Position numbers and translations under genes: made by a program. Shown in pieces: positions 15,271 through 24,813 of a stretch of DNA of 64,000 nt (positions are counted from its first letter, which is position 1; every line of letters starts with the position of its first letter). Origin of the DNA: Zancudomyces culisetae HAW-14-8 (taxonomy: Eukaryota > Fungi > Kickxellomycota); assembly GCA_052426225.1 (NCBI GenBank), contig JBNJNM010000014.1:573498-637497 (forward strand), in the 5' to 3' direction. The notes under the pieces are model-generated. The model had not been told where the DNA came from and ran no database searches. It saw nothing but the letters and a program-made list of their open reading frames with translations.

Positions 15271-16640
15271 ATTTAAAATAATAATGACATAGCCGGTGAG
15301 CTTGTAGGCTTTTATTAGCCAATTTAATAGGTGTACTACTTTTGTAAGAATTGCTGGAAAAATTAAGTTTGTTAATGGTTTTGTAAGAATTTGTTGGTAA
15401 GCTCATTTATTTTTGGAATAATGATTAATTATATCATAAGCTTCCAAATTAATAGTTATTTACCAGCAACTTTTCGTATACAAGTATGCGAAATCTTTGC
15501 TAAAATGCATCAGAATAAATTTTTTTAGGCAATGCATTAAATCACGGCCTTATGGAGCAGAAATAATATTATTCTTGATTATATAATATACTTCAGAAAT
15601 TATGATCTGGGAATATAAAAAACCCGCTGGGAGATAAAACTATATAGGTTTTGTGAATGCTATATTAAAAAACTTTTATAACAGTGGTGGTTTGCTAGCA
15701 ACCAAAAATTGGAGTAAATTTTGTAATTTATAAAACTAAATACCAGATCCAAACAAAATGTCTATATTTGTTTAAACAACCAACTTCCCAGCAATATATT
15801 ATTATTATATAGATTGCAGTAAGTAAATTCAGTTGTGAAGTGAATACTCGATTAATCAAAGTAGTTGACAACATTTTTAAATGTATTTTGACGATATATC
15901 TGGGGGGGAGGGAGGGTTGGGTAATGACAATCACAATTGAGATTTGATGACCGCCAAGATTAAAAATCGTCAAAACAAAGCAAATGGGTTCTTGTTCTTA
16001 ACCTGGTATGACATTTTTTACTACGAAGGTGCGTGATTCTTAATAATTTTGAACAACTGTGGTATAATAATAACATTTAGAAATAGTTCTAATAAGTTCT
16101 AAATTAAACTAAAGACATGTTTATTTAAAATATACGGGGTATATGTCGTAAAGCCCTTGAATCAACGCCTGGTGGGTAAAGAGTCCTTAGAGGGACGGAA
16201 GGGAATTGATTGATAAATATTGTGTAGGATTATCTTTTGTAGTTTTATGTGATACTCATCGAATAAACTCATTTAGTTATTTTTTGTAAAGTCAAATTGA
16301 GTGTCAGTTTTTTTTAAATTTTCTGAAATGCTTTTCAAATGCTTCTCATCAAGTATACCACTATAAAAGAAAAATGCTTTTTATGTACAGATAATCAAAA
16401 AAAGCCTTTTATTTACTTTAGATTATCTAAAAATTCACTGATTCACCCATCCTTTTGTTCAGTAAACACATTTCTTCATTAAATATCTTTTCTTCAAATC
16501 TAAAAATAGAAATAATAACACTTATCGGAGGTAGATTTAAAGGTTTATCATATTTAAGGATTTGATTTATAGAAAATCGGAGCATTAAGGGTGTTGATAT
16601 CAAAAAATGTACAAACCAAAATATAGGCTGAGAAATTTTG

Positions 16641-16648
16641 TATATAAA
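16641..16648 (+). promoter_or_regulatory. Putative TATA box of the 21294 gene, displaced by the DIRS insertion
   Basis: TATATAAA followed by a CA-rich leader. Removing the DIRS puts it about 115 nt before the ATG at 21294, similar to TATA-ATG spacing at 37918 and 43626. Confidence 0.5.
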
Positions 16649-16746
16649 CCAATACAATACACAGATATACACAATCGCAGTTCATAGTCATCAATAAATA
16701 ATATGTTTAGTTGAATGAAATGAAAACTTATTATTATTATGCGAAC

Positions 16747-17022
16747 ATCCAGATACAATTATGTGTGTGTACCAATCTTTATTATAAATCGAAAATTCTT
16801 TCCTAGATACTATTTTTATCGATTAATCCATTACCTTAAAATTTGGTAAAAAATTAAATCGATAAAAAGAGTGTTTAAATTTAGAAACTTTATACGTAAT
16901 GATGTGTGTAATGACAGACATCACTGTATAATTTTTATAAAATAAGTAAAACTAACTAAATAAAATAAATTTAAACCATATATAAACTGATGTCCCCTGT
17001 TTCCTGATGAATCTTTACCATC
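16747..17022. repeat. DIRS 3' inverted terminal repeat
   Basis: Reverse complement of 20947-21222 over 276 bp, with one substitution noticed at 16931. Confidence 0.95.
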
Positions 17023-17054
17023 GTTGAGCTAGGTATGGGTGGGAATTGGGTGGG

Positions 17055-17151
17055 ACATAATTGTATCTGGATGTTCGCATAATAATAATAAGTTTTCATT
17101 TCATTCAACTAAACATATTATTATGCTTCACTTATCCAGATACAATTATGT
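17055..17151. repeat. DIRS internal complementary region (ICR)
   Basis: 17055-17122 is the reverse complement of 16697-16764, and 17119-17151 is the reverse complement of 21205-21237. The two halves overlap at TATT, the putative circle junction/target. Confidence 0.93.
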
Positions 17152-20100
17152 AGCTTCAGAGTTCAAGATAAATTGAGTTAAATTTTCACGAGTTCTACGT
17201 GATAATTGATAATAAGTATCAAATATACCTTTACTTGCCCAAAATCCTTGTGCAATAACATCGTCGTATGTCGCACCTAGCTTTGTAGCTCTAGTAGATC
17301 CTAATGCTCGAGCTTTTGGTAACTTTGCGCTTTCTGGCAACTGCAAGAGTGACATCAATGAATTAATGTGTTTACTGATTCGCTGTGCCCCAATGTGTTT
17401 GTCGTTATACTTTAAGTTGCGGATAAGGTAGTGCAATTGTACTCCATCGAGGATCGGATGGTTTGCAACACTCGGAAAAGTTGCAATGCGTTTTTTATAT
17501 GCTCTGTATGTTACTACAGGACATAATTTATAGTCGCTATGTGCGTGGATTATACTGACCTTTTCAATCGGATTTCCACTTCGCTTTTCTTTTGGTCCAA
17601 CAATAACAAATTTAACATAATCTTTATTGATTTCCGTCTTTGAATCATCGATTCGTTCAATGTCAGAAGGTCTCAAAAATCCACAAATTGCTAGCAACCA
17701 ACAAATTTTAATTGTTAAATTTTGCTTGCTCATTTTAAAATTTGAACCAAAATTTTTAATATGTTCGATAATCGGATTAATATCGTAGTTAGGGTTGTTA
17801 AAAGATCGAACTGAAGTTGAATCGAGCTGTTTTAAATAATCAATCATCAAAATATCGCTGCTAAATGTTCGCCATTCAGCATTAATATCGATGATAGCAG
17901 ACTTGTAGTTTTTTATAGTACCAACTTTTAAATTGTTACTAATACGATGTTCATCAAGGAAAATGATAACATCAACAACTGAAACGTTATTAATATCAAG
18001 TTTTGCAGACTCTAACCACTTAATAAACTTTACCTTGATGTTGTAATATTGTTTTTGTTTTGCCATATTTCGTTTACCAGTTGTCATTAACATGATAACT
18101 GAATCTTTTAAACCCGTTTTTTCAAGGCGTGCGCGCTTAATTTCCAGGCCGTAAGCGACCATGTTTTGTTTATCTGTGTCACTTGCTTTCCGCTTTTTGG
18201 ATCCGGAATTATATGTGGAGCTAATATCTTGATCGGTGGAGCTATTAGCATGCTCTTGAGATCTGGATACCATGGTGCTGACCTCCAAAACGGTGTTATC
18301 AATGTCGCTGATACTTTGTCCTGTCTGATCTTCTGTAGTGTTTTCTGTATCAGATTCCATGGTGGACAAAGGTATGGATTCGTCCAAATGCTCCAATGAT
18401 GATTGAATGCATTCGTTTTTGCTGCTTCTGGTGTCCATTTCCAACTCACAAATGTTGGTAGTTTGTGGTTGTTGTTGTTGGCAAACATGTCCACATCGTG
18501 TGGACCAAACTGTTTCTGTATCTTCTGAAACATCTTGTCTGATAGTGACCACTCTGTTTGAGCTGTTAAACGTGATGGTGCATCCGCTGGATTCAGTATT
18601 GATGGCACATACTGAATCTGAACCCGAGTGCCATTGCTGATGCAATGTTTCCAAATTGCTTCCGAAATGTCCATCAGATTCACTGATTTGGTTCCCCCAT
18701 GCTTCTTGATGTAGCTGATTGAAGTGTTGTTGTCGCAATATACAACAACACTCTTTCCCTGAACCTGTGGCAGCTTCACTGCATACTGGATTGCTAATAA
18801 TTCCTTCGCATTGATAGGGAGCTTCATCTGTTGTCGTGTCCATGTCCCCGTATACTGATTGCTGTCTATCACTATCCCCCAGTGATTGTCGCTCGCATCC
18901 GTATATACTTCTATCTCTGGGATCTCCGGAAGGAAGCATAGACCATTCCATTGCTTCAGATGGTCCCTCCACCACGTCAGATTGTCCAGTGCAGGCTGAT
19001 TCAGTGTTACTTGTGAACTCCAATCCGTGGTGCGTTTCAGAGTGTTGTTTTTGAGCTCTAACAACCTCCTGCTCATCAGTCGTCCCGGTCTGAGTGCTAT
19101 ATTCACTGCCTGCGTTTTGCCAATGAATGATGCCAGATCCTTCAGTGTTGTACACCCTTTGTGTATCAACCTGGATGCCTCTCTCGCTAAATCTTTGAGT
19201 TTCTGTTTGGGTATCTTGAAACTCATCTGACGGCTGTTGATGTCCATCCCAAGATGCGTAATACATTGTTTGGGATGTATTGATGACTTTTCCTGGTTGA
19301 TCAGGAATCCCAGTTTCACCAGTTTCTTGGAAACCATATTTGTGAACTTTAGACACTCTGTTTTTGTTGATCCTAAGATTAACAAATCGTCTAAGTAGCT
19401 CGACATTCGTATCCCGCGAGCTCTGGCCCATTTCAGTACTGGTTTTAGTATTTTTGTGAATACTAGTGGGCTTAAAGATAGACCAAATGGGAGCACCCTG
19501 TACTGGTAGGTGCGACCGCCCCATGTAAACCTGAGATACTTTCTGGACGTTTTGTTGATCAATACGTGTAGAAATGCATCGCTGAGGTCTATGCTGGTCA
19601 TATAATCCCCTTTGCGGATCATTCTGGAGATAGTTGTGAGCGACTCCATCTTGAAATGTCGCTGTGGGATGTACTGATTTAACGGTCTTAAATTCAGTAC
19701 CATCCGCGTGCCTCCGTTCTTCTTTGGGATTGTAAACGGATTTGAGTAGAACCCTGGCTGCGCGGATGAAGCTTCCTCTATTGCTTTCTTTGACAGGAGG
19801 TTTGCTATCTCCTGTTCGACCACTTTTTCTGGAAGCTTTTTCAAGTTGTAACCTAACGGTTTTTTCTGCTTGACCGTCGGTGGATGCGTTTTGAAGGGGA
19901 TTCTGAACCCTTCTGAGATCACTTGGAGTATCCATTTTTGATCTGTGAGGCGCATCCAAGCCTCCTGGAACATCCTCAGTCTCCCTCCTACTTTCGGTGT
20001 TTGCTGCTGTTTGCAAACCGAAAATTACCGCCAGTAGCAGCGGATTTGTGTTGTCGTTGTTGTTGGATCTGCTGCGGCTCTGCTTGAACATTCTGGTTAA

Positions 20101-20859
20101 CTGATGGCTGAAACGGAATGCTTGGGAAGGTCCTGGTTGCGTTGAATCTTGGTCTTCTCTGCTGCACATTTTTTGTTGCACGCTGCAATGTATTTGCTGC
20201 TGCTTTAACTTCGAGCATCTGCTGTATGTCCACGAGAGGCTTCTTTGATGATGAAGCCATTTCTGGAGGATCTGATGGTACTCCTGAGGCTTTGTATGAC
20301 AGTTTGATTCTTTGTTGCGTGATATTGGATGCAACATCCGCAAGTAAAACTCTGATTGAGTTGATAAAAACTGCAAGTTTTTCGGCACTGACTGCACCTC
20401 CGTCACGGATTGCTTCGTGCATAAAGTAATCCAAAGGTCTTGTAACGGCTGATAAACGGTACTGGATGTCATATAACATCGCATCAGTACGTTTATTGTC
20501 ACCTGATAACTTGATGTTTTCCTCTGGTGGTTCATAATCCATGCCAGAGTTTCTTGGGATGGCTGCGTAAAACTTCTTGCGTTCGACATCTGCCAGTGGT
20601 GTCCAAAAGAAATCCTGTTCAACTGTTGGTAGCGCCTTTTGCAGTTTTGGATACATGACCAGGTCAGATGGTGTTGGTCTGGGAACCACGAAGTTTTCAA
20701 CTGAATCATCGTCGACTGCATCAACGATTGATGGAGCAGTGATGTTTGCTGAATCACTGATTTCTGATACTGACATGTGATCATTTGGTGCGGTTTGTTT
20801 TTCAAGAGCTGATAATCTCTCCAAAATCTGTTGCAAAACTTCAACTGTAACGTTTGCAT
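17146..20859 (-). CDS. DIRS tyrosine recombinase ORF (YR domain in the C-terminal ~320 aa; the N-terminal part overlaps gag and RT in another frame)
   Basis: FLRPSD, LCPV, PKAR, GFWAS and FDTYY correspond to the YR R...(H)xxR...W...Y signature. The true start codon is uncertain. Confidence 0.88.
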   Translation of the reverse strand: MQTLQLKFCNRFWRDYQLLKNKPHQMITCQYQKSVIQQTSLLHQSLMQSTMIQLKTSWFPDQHHLTWSCIQNCKRRYQQLNRISFGHHWQMSNARSFTQPSQETLAWIMNHQRKTSSYQVTINVLMRCYMTSSTVYQPLQDLWITLCTKQSVTEVQSVPKNLQFLSTQSEFYLRMLHPISRNKESNCHTKPQEYHQILQKWLHHQRSLSWTYSRCSKLKQQQIHCSVQQKMCSREDQDSTQPGPSQAFRFSHQLTRMFKQSRSRSNNNDNTNPLLLAVIFGLQTAANTESRRETEDVPGGLDAPHRSKMDTPSDLRRVQNPLQNASTDGQAEKTVRLQLEKASRKSGRTGDSKPPVKESNRGSFIRAARVLLKSVYNPKEERRHADGTEFKTVKSVHPTATFQDGVAHNYLQNDPQRGLYDQHRPQRCISTRIDQQNVQKVSQVYMGRSHLPVQGAPIWSIFKPTSIHKNTKTSTEMGQSSRDTNVELLRRFVNLRINKNRVSKVHKYGFQETGETGIPDQPGKVINTSQTMYYASWDGHQQPSDEFQDTQTETQRFSERGIQVDTQRVYNTEGSGIIHWQNAGSEYSTQTGTTDEQEVVRAQKQHSETHHGLEFTSNTESACTGQSDVVEGPSEAMEWSMLPSGDPRDRSIYGCERQSLGDSDRQQSVYGDMDTTTDEAPYQCEGIISNPVCSEAATGSGKECCCILRQQHFNQLHQEAWGNQISESDGHFGSNLETLHQQWHSGSDSVCAINTESSGCTITFNSSNRVVTIRQDVSEDTETVWSTRCGHVCQQQQPQTTNICELEMDTRSSKNECIQSSLEHLDESIPLSTMESDTENTTEDQTGQSISDIDNTVLEVSTMVSRSQEHANSSTDQDISSTYNSGSKKRKASDTDKQNMVAYGLEIKRARLEKTGLKDSVIMLMTTGKRNMAKQKQYYNIKVKFIKWLESAKLDINNVSVVDVIIFLDEHRISNNLKVGTIKNYKSAIIDINAEWRTFSSDILMIDYLKQLDSTSVRSFNNPNYDINPIIEHIKNFGSNFKMSKQNLTIKICWLLAICGFLRPSDIERIDDSKTEINKDYVKFVIVGPKEKRSGNPIEKVSIIHAHSDYKLCPVVTYRAYKKRIATFPSVANHPILDGVQLHYLIRNLKYNDKHIGAQRISKHINSLMSLLQLPESAKLPKARALGSTRATKLGATYDDVIAQGFWASKGIFDTYYQLSRRTRENLTQFILNSEAT
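18108..19973 (-). CDS. DIRS reverse transcriptase / RNase H / methyltransferase-like ORF
   Basis: RT motifs SIDLSDAFLH, LPFGLSLSP and YLDD; RNase H motifs YTDAS, INAKEL, CDN and ADAPSR; C-terminal DVDMFA...YLCPPWNLI Dam-like region. Confidence 0.95.
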   Translation of the reverse strand: MFQEAWMRLTDQKWILQVISEGFRIPFKTHPPTVKQKKPLGYNLKKLPEKVVEQEIANLLSKKAIEEASSAQPGFYSNPFTIPKKNGGTRMVLNLRPLNQYIPQRHFKMESLTTISRMIRKGDYMTSIDLSDAFLHVLINKTSRKYLRFTWGGRTYQYRVLPFGLSLSPLVFTKILKPVLKWARARGIRMSSYLDDLLILGSTKTECLKFTNMVSKKLVKLGFLINQEKSSIHPKQCITHLGMDINSRQMSFKIPKQKLKDLAREASRLIHKGCTTLKDLASFIGKTQAVNIALRPGRLMSRRLLELKNNTLKRTTDWSSQVTLNQPALDNLTWWRDHLKQWNGLCFLPEIPEIEVYTDASDNHWGIVIDSNQYTGTWTRQQMKLPINAKELLAIQYAVKLPQVQGKSVVVYCDNNTSISYIKKHGGTKSVNLMDISEAIWKHCISNGTRVQIQYVPSILNPADAPSRLTAQTEWSLSDKMFQKIQKQFGPHDVDMFANNNNHKLPTFVSWKWTPEAAKTNAFNHHWSIWTNPYLCPPWNLIQKTLQKIRQDKVSATLITPFWRSAPWYPDLKSMLIAPPIKILAPHIIPDPKSGKQVTQINKTWSLTAWKLSAHALKKRV

Positions 20860-20869
20860 TTTGACTCAT
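19988..20869 (-). CDS. DIRS Gag-like ORF1
   Basis: First ORF after the 5' ITR, 293 aa, with LYDIQYRLSAVTRPLD and a basic/Gln-rich C-terminus. Position is typical of DIRS ORF1. Confidence 0.8.
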   Translation of the reverse strand: MSQNANVTVEVLQQILERLSALEKQTAPNDHMSVSEISDSANITAPSIVDAVDDDSVENFVVPRPTPSDLVMYPKLQKALPTVEQDFFWTPLADVERKKFYAAIPRNSGMDYEPPEENIKLSGDNKRTDAMLYDIQYRLSAVTRPLDYFMHEAIRDGGAVSAEKLAVFINSIRVLLADVASNITQQRIKLSYKASGVPSDPPEMASSSKKPLVDIQQMLEVKAAANTLQRATKNVQQRRPRFNATRTFPSIPFQPSVNQNVQAEPQQIQQQRQHKSAATGGNFRFANSSKHRK

Positions 20870-20946
20870 TATTGAAAATTTAACTAATGACTTTTATAAA
20901 TACTATGTATTTTTTATAAGCTGGTTGAGTACCTAGCGAAAGAAAA

Positions 20947-21222
20947 GATGGTAAAGATTCATCAGGAAACAGGGGACATCAGTTTATATATGGTTTAAAT
21001 TTATTTTATTTAGTTAGTTTTACTTATTTTATAAAAACTATACAGTGATGTCTGTCATTACACACATCATTACGTATAAAGTTTCTAAATTTAAACACTC
21101 TTTTTATCGATTTAATTTTTTACCAAATTTTAAGGTAATGGATTAATCGATAAAAATAGTATCTAGGAAAGAATTTTCGATTTATAATAAAGATTGGTAC
21201 ACACACATAATTGTATCTGGAT
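20947..21222. repeat. DIRS 5' inverted terminal repeat
   Basis: Reverse complement of 16747-17022. Confidence 0.95.
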
Positions 21223-21293
21223 AAGTGAAGCATAATACACCACATATAGGCACAGTTATAGAGCTCAAATAAAAAAAAAGGAATAACATAAAA

Positions 21294-22607
21294 ATGAGGC
21301 CGAGTACATATACAGCATTATTCTCATTAGTACTAACCAACTTAATTTCACCGATATTAGGCGGATCAACCACAACAGAAACTAAGCGAGTTAACTGTTC
21401 TGACTCTTTAAGTCAAATTGAGATTGCTCAAGGATCTGGTGATAGTCCAGTTGTCAGCTACAATTGGGAAAATGCTATTGATATTTCTTGTCCATCACAA
21501 GACTATCTTGTTACATTTGATGTTGATCAAACCTCTGATATCTATTTTGCAATCAGTACACAAAGATATTTGCCTACCGATAGCGAGGTTATTGAAGGCG
21601 TAGTAGGTGTAAACACTGGTACGTGGTATGTTGGAGCATCAGTATACTCCTTGGAGGAAGACATCATGTCGGGAGCATCAGACACTCAAAGAATATATGT
21701 GCAAGTTAACAGCTCAGGTGTCAGTATTGGATTGGTAGGAAACAGTATGCCAATTTTGACACTGCCATCAACGTATTACGATATCAATGTAGCAATGAAC
21801 TCACCAAACTTATGGTTTGCATTTGGAGCTGAGAGAGACTTAACGCTAATCCAAAATGTAGAGTACACCTGTAATAGTTCTACTTGTGTAAATCCATCTA
21901 GTTCAACTGATTCTTCAAGAGCTACCGAGTCATCACCAACTGATTCTTCATCAACTAGCTCAACCTCAACTGAATCATCATCAACTGAATCACCATCAAC
22001 TGAATCATCATCAACTGAATCATCATCAACTGAATCATCATCAACTGAATCAAGCTCAACAGACTCATCATCAACCGAGTCATCATCAACCCAGTCATCA
22101 TCAACCAGCTTTACCAGTTCGAGCTCATCAACCTGTGGTTCCACTTCTGTTGGCTTCAATATCATTGTATCTTCCACCAACAAGAACAAAGACTATGATT
22201 TCAAGCAGGCCCTTACAATTCCATGCGATACAAGTGACTTTGAGTTCACTGCTAGCATCTCTGCTACCACTGACTTCTTTGTTGCGCTCATGGACAACAG
22301 CGGATACTACAGCCCGAACGGTGTAGTTGAAGCTCAATTTGGTTTGTCATCTGGTACCAGTTCCATCAAGAAGGGTAAATACGCTTTGGTTAAACGAAGC
22401 AATATTTTCACAAGAGCCGACTCGCAAGACATCAAGATTGTTTACAAGAACTCTCAGCTTCAAATATTTATCAACAATTCGCTCAAGTCTACATACAAGG
22501 TTTCCAACTTTAACATGACTTCATTGGCTATGACACCATTCAAAGGCACTGCATCAGTTTTCAACCCAACATTCTCTTGCCAGAGCATTTCTAATTGTAG
22601 CAACTAA
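21294..22607 (+). CDS. Secreted protein with two related beta-rich domains joined by a Ser/Thr-rich (TESSS)n mucin-like linker
   Basis: N-terminal signal peptide. Internal duplication: YNWENAIDISCPSQDYLVTFDVDQTSDIYFAIS versus YDFKQALTIPCDTSDFEFTASISATTDFFVALM. 15-bp tandem repeats at about 21960-22110. Confidence 0.85.
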   Translation: MRPSTYTALFSLVLTNLISPILGGSTTTETKRVNCSDSLSQIEIAQGSGDSPVVSYNWENAIDISCPSQDYLVTFDVDQTSDIYFAISTQRYLPTDSEVIEGVVGVNTGTWYVGASVYSLEEDIMSGASDTQRIYVQVNSSGVSIGLVGNSMPILTLPSTYYDINVAMNSPNLWFAFGAERDLTLIQNVEYTCNSSTCVNPSSSTDSSRATESSPTDSSSTSSTSTESSSTESPSTESSSTESSSTESSSTESSSTDSSSTESSSTQSSSTSFTSSSSSTCGSTSVGFNIIVSSTNKNKDYDFKQALTIPCDTSDFEFTASISATTDFFVALMDNSGYYSPNGVVEAQFGLSSGTSSIKKGKYALVKRSNIFTRADSQDIKIVYKNSQLQIFINNSLKSTYKVSNFNMTSLAMTPFKGTASVFNPTFSCQSISNCSN

Positions 22608-24279
22608 GTTTGTTTAATATCTTTTTTTTGGTTTATAGGTTTTGAAAAGTCCATTATAATAAACCTTAGTAGCAAATCAATTAATTTTCTAATGTTCAGC
22701 TAATTTGTTTAGACTATTTTTTGTTGGAGTACTCTAGAAATAGGAGCGACAAATAATTAGTGGTTATGAGAAATGACAAAATAGAGCAGCCAGGGATATA
22801 TGACAGTATCAACACATTTAAGATTTCAAATCCAAATCTCAAAATAGTTGAAGTACATGAAACTTGAGGGGATGGGCAGTTGGTTCTATCTCTTAAATAG
22901 GAATCACAAAATATGGTTACTCTACCAGAAAGAATAGATAATCCAAAATTTCATGTTTAGTCAAGCTGCAAACAACGAGATTCTTAGATAGATTCTTTCA
23001 AACGAGGATTATTATCTGGATCAATCTTGAGTATAAAATATCACTCAACCAACGCCCGGTGGGTAAGGAGTTGCTAGAGAGACAGAGGAGAATTAGTTAG
23101 GTTGATATTATATTGAGTTGTTTTATTTAATTTTTATTTGGTGTTTATTTATTGAGTCTTTTGAACAAAATATAAACCAAGAGAAATAATTGGGCAATTT
23201 CCAAAATTGCAGTGAATGAGTAGCAAACGGAAATGATTTACTTGCTGAATCTATAGATTTTTGGTTCTTTTTTAACTAACACATTTTTCGAGTATAGTGA
23301 GTTTTGCAGGAAAATCATAGATAAGCTTCTGGAGGAAAGAGTTAAACCTTAAACTTTCTAGAATTATTCGGGATACTAAGACCTCTTGAGCTAAAGCAGT
23401 GGCTTCCACATGCAGGTTTCTGAACAAAGTCTTTTTCACTTTGTTACCTAGCAGTGAAAAGTATTAATTGTAGTCCCACTCCCCTTGAACCAATATCCCT
23501 CAGGTACCGGGTATTCTAGAGAGTTGGAATGATGATGCGATGAACTTAGTTTAGTTGATTGTTATTTTTATGAACTTTTTGATATCTAAATAAATATTAC
23601 TCGGTCAGAAAAACAATATTTTGTAAATATACAATAAAAAAATTTAATTGTATTGTTATCTATATGTTCCTATTGTTCGTTTGAAGCAAATTTACAATAA
23701 CTGTATTGAACTTACAGTGCTAGAACGCTTTTCTTTTATAAAACCAATAATAATATTTGTCCTCAATTCTTTTCTTTTTTCCGGAATGCTTGTTATCATT
23801 TTATTTATTATTTTTCTTTTATCATTTGCTCACCTTCTACAAGAGCTATGCTTCAATTGAAATTTGTCAAATATGTTGGTGTTCAGCTGTTTATACGAGC
23901 ATGTATTTTATTTTATGTTTAGAAATATTTAGAACGATAGCTAGCTGTTAAACAAAAAAAAATCAAAACGTTCTGCATTTTGGTGGCTGTACTATAACCA
24001 TAATAGTGTTTGTACTAAAAATAACACTTTCACGGTTTGTTGTTAGCGCAATAAACCATCAAGGTGATGTTGTGGTTTATAAAAAAATTTCAACTTAGAA
24101 GCACTCAACCCCAACTCCTTTACAACAAAAGCATAGTCTAAATTAGCAATAGTTGTAGTATGTTTAGGATCTTGATATTCTAAAACACAAAAAAAAAACT
24201 ATATAACAGGAATTGGTTTCTTTACCATTTTATCAGACAAACCTAACCCTCAAATTATCAACCACTCAAAAAAAGTAAA

Positions 24280-24813
24280 ATGAAATCATTAACCCTTTCC
24301 CTAGCCGTATTAGCACTTTCAGCTGGAACCGCTATTGCAGGACGTAGCGGTGGTCACGGAGGACATCATGGAGGCCGCCACGGTCACGGCCACCGAGGAT
24401 ACAGACACAGACACAGATACTGGAGAAATGGAATCTGGTACGATTACCCAGTTGCATACGCAGTAGCAGTACCAGTTACAGTTGGAGCCGTTGGTGCTGT
24501 CGGGGCCGTCGGAGCTGTTGGTACTACCTATGGAACTGGTGCAGCCGTCGCAACAGGATATGATAGTGGAGCAGTTGGAGCAGTTGGAGCAGTTGGAGCA
24601 GTTGGAGCAGTTGGAGCAGTTGGAGCAGTTGGTGCTGTCAACACTGCATACGGAGCTGGTGCCGTTGGTGGAGTAGGAGTTGTTGGTGTAGAAACATACC
24701 CATCATACTACCCATTCTATAATGGATTTTACTTTGACAGATTTGGTAGAAGACACAGATACAGACACGGCCACAGATGGCGTCACAGACATGGACACGG
24801 ACACAGACATTAA
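24280..24813 (+). CDS. Secreted structural-type protein with His/Arg/Gly-rich termini and a (GAV)n core
   Basis: Signal peptide MKSLTLSLAVLALSAGTAIA, 9-bp GGAGCAGTT tandem repeats, TATA-like motif near 24200. Confidence 0.85.
   Translation: MKSLTLSLAVLALSAGTAIAGRSGGHGGHHGGRHGHGHRGYRHRHRYWRNGIWYDYPVAYAVAVPVTVGAVGAVGAVGAVGTTYGTGAAVATGYDSGAVGAVGAVGAVGAVGAVGAVGAVNTAYGAGAVGGVGVVGVETYPSYYPFYNGFYFDRFGRRHRYRHGHRWRHRHGHGHRH

Larger units (their letters stand above)
16697..21237 (-). mobile_element. Full-length DIRS1-type tyrosine-recombinase retrotransposon
   Basis: Inverted terminal repeats at 16747-17022 and 20947-21222 (one mismatch seen). Internal complementary region at 17055-17151 matches both outer termini. 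Gag, RT/RNaseH/MT and YR ORFs are all open. Confidence 0.95.

Noticed and set aside
21960-24630. Tandem repeats as a CRISPR-like array
   Set aside because: They are coding repeats (TESSS, GAV) with no unique spacers, in a eukaryotic context.
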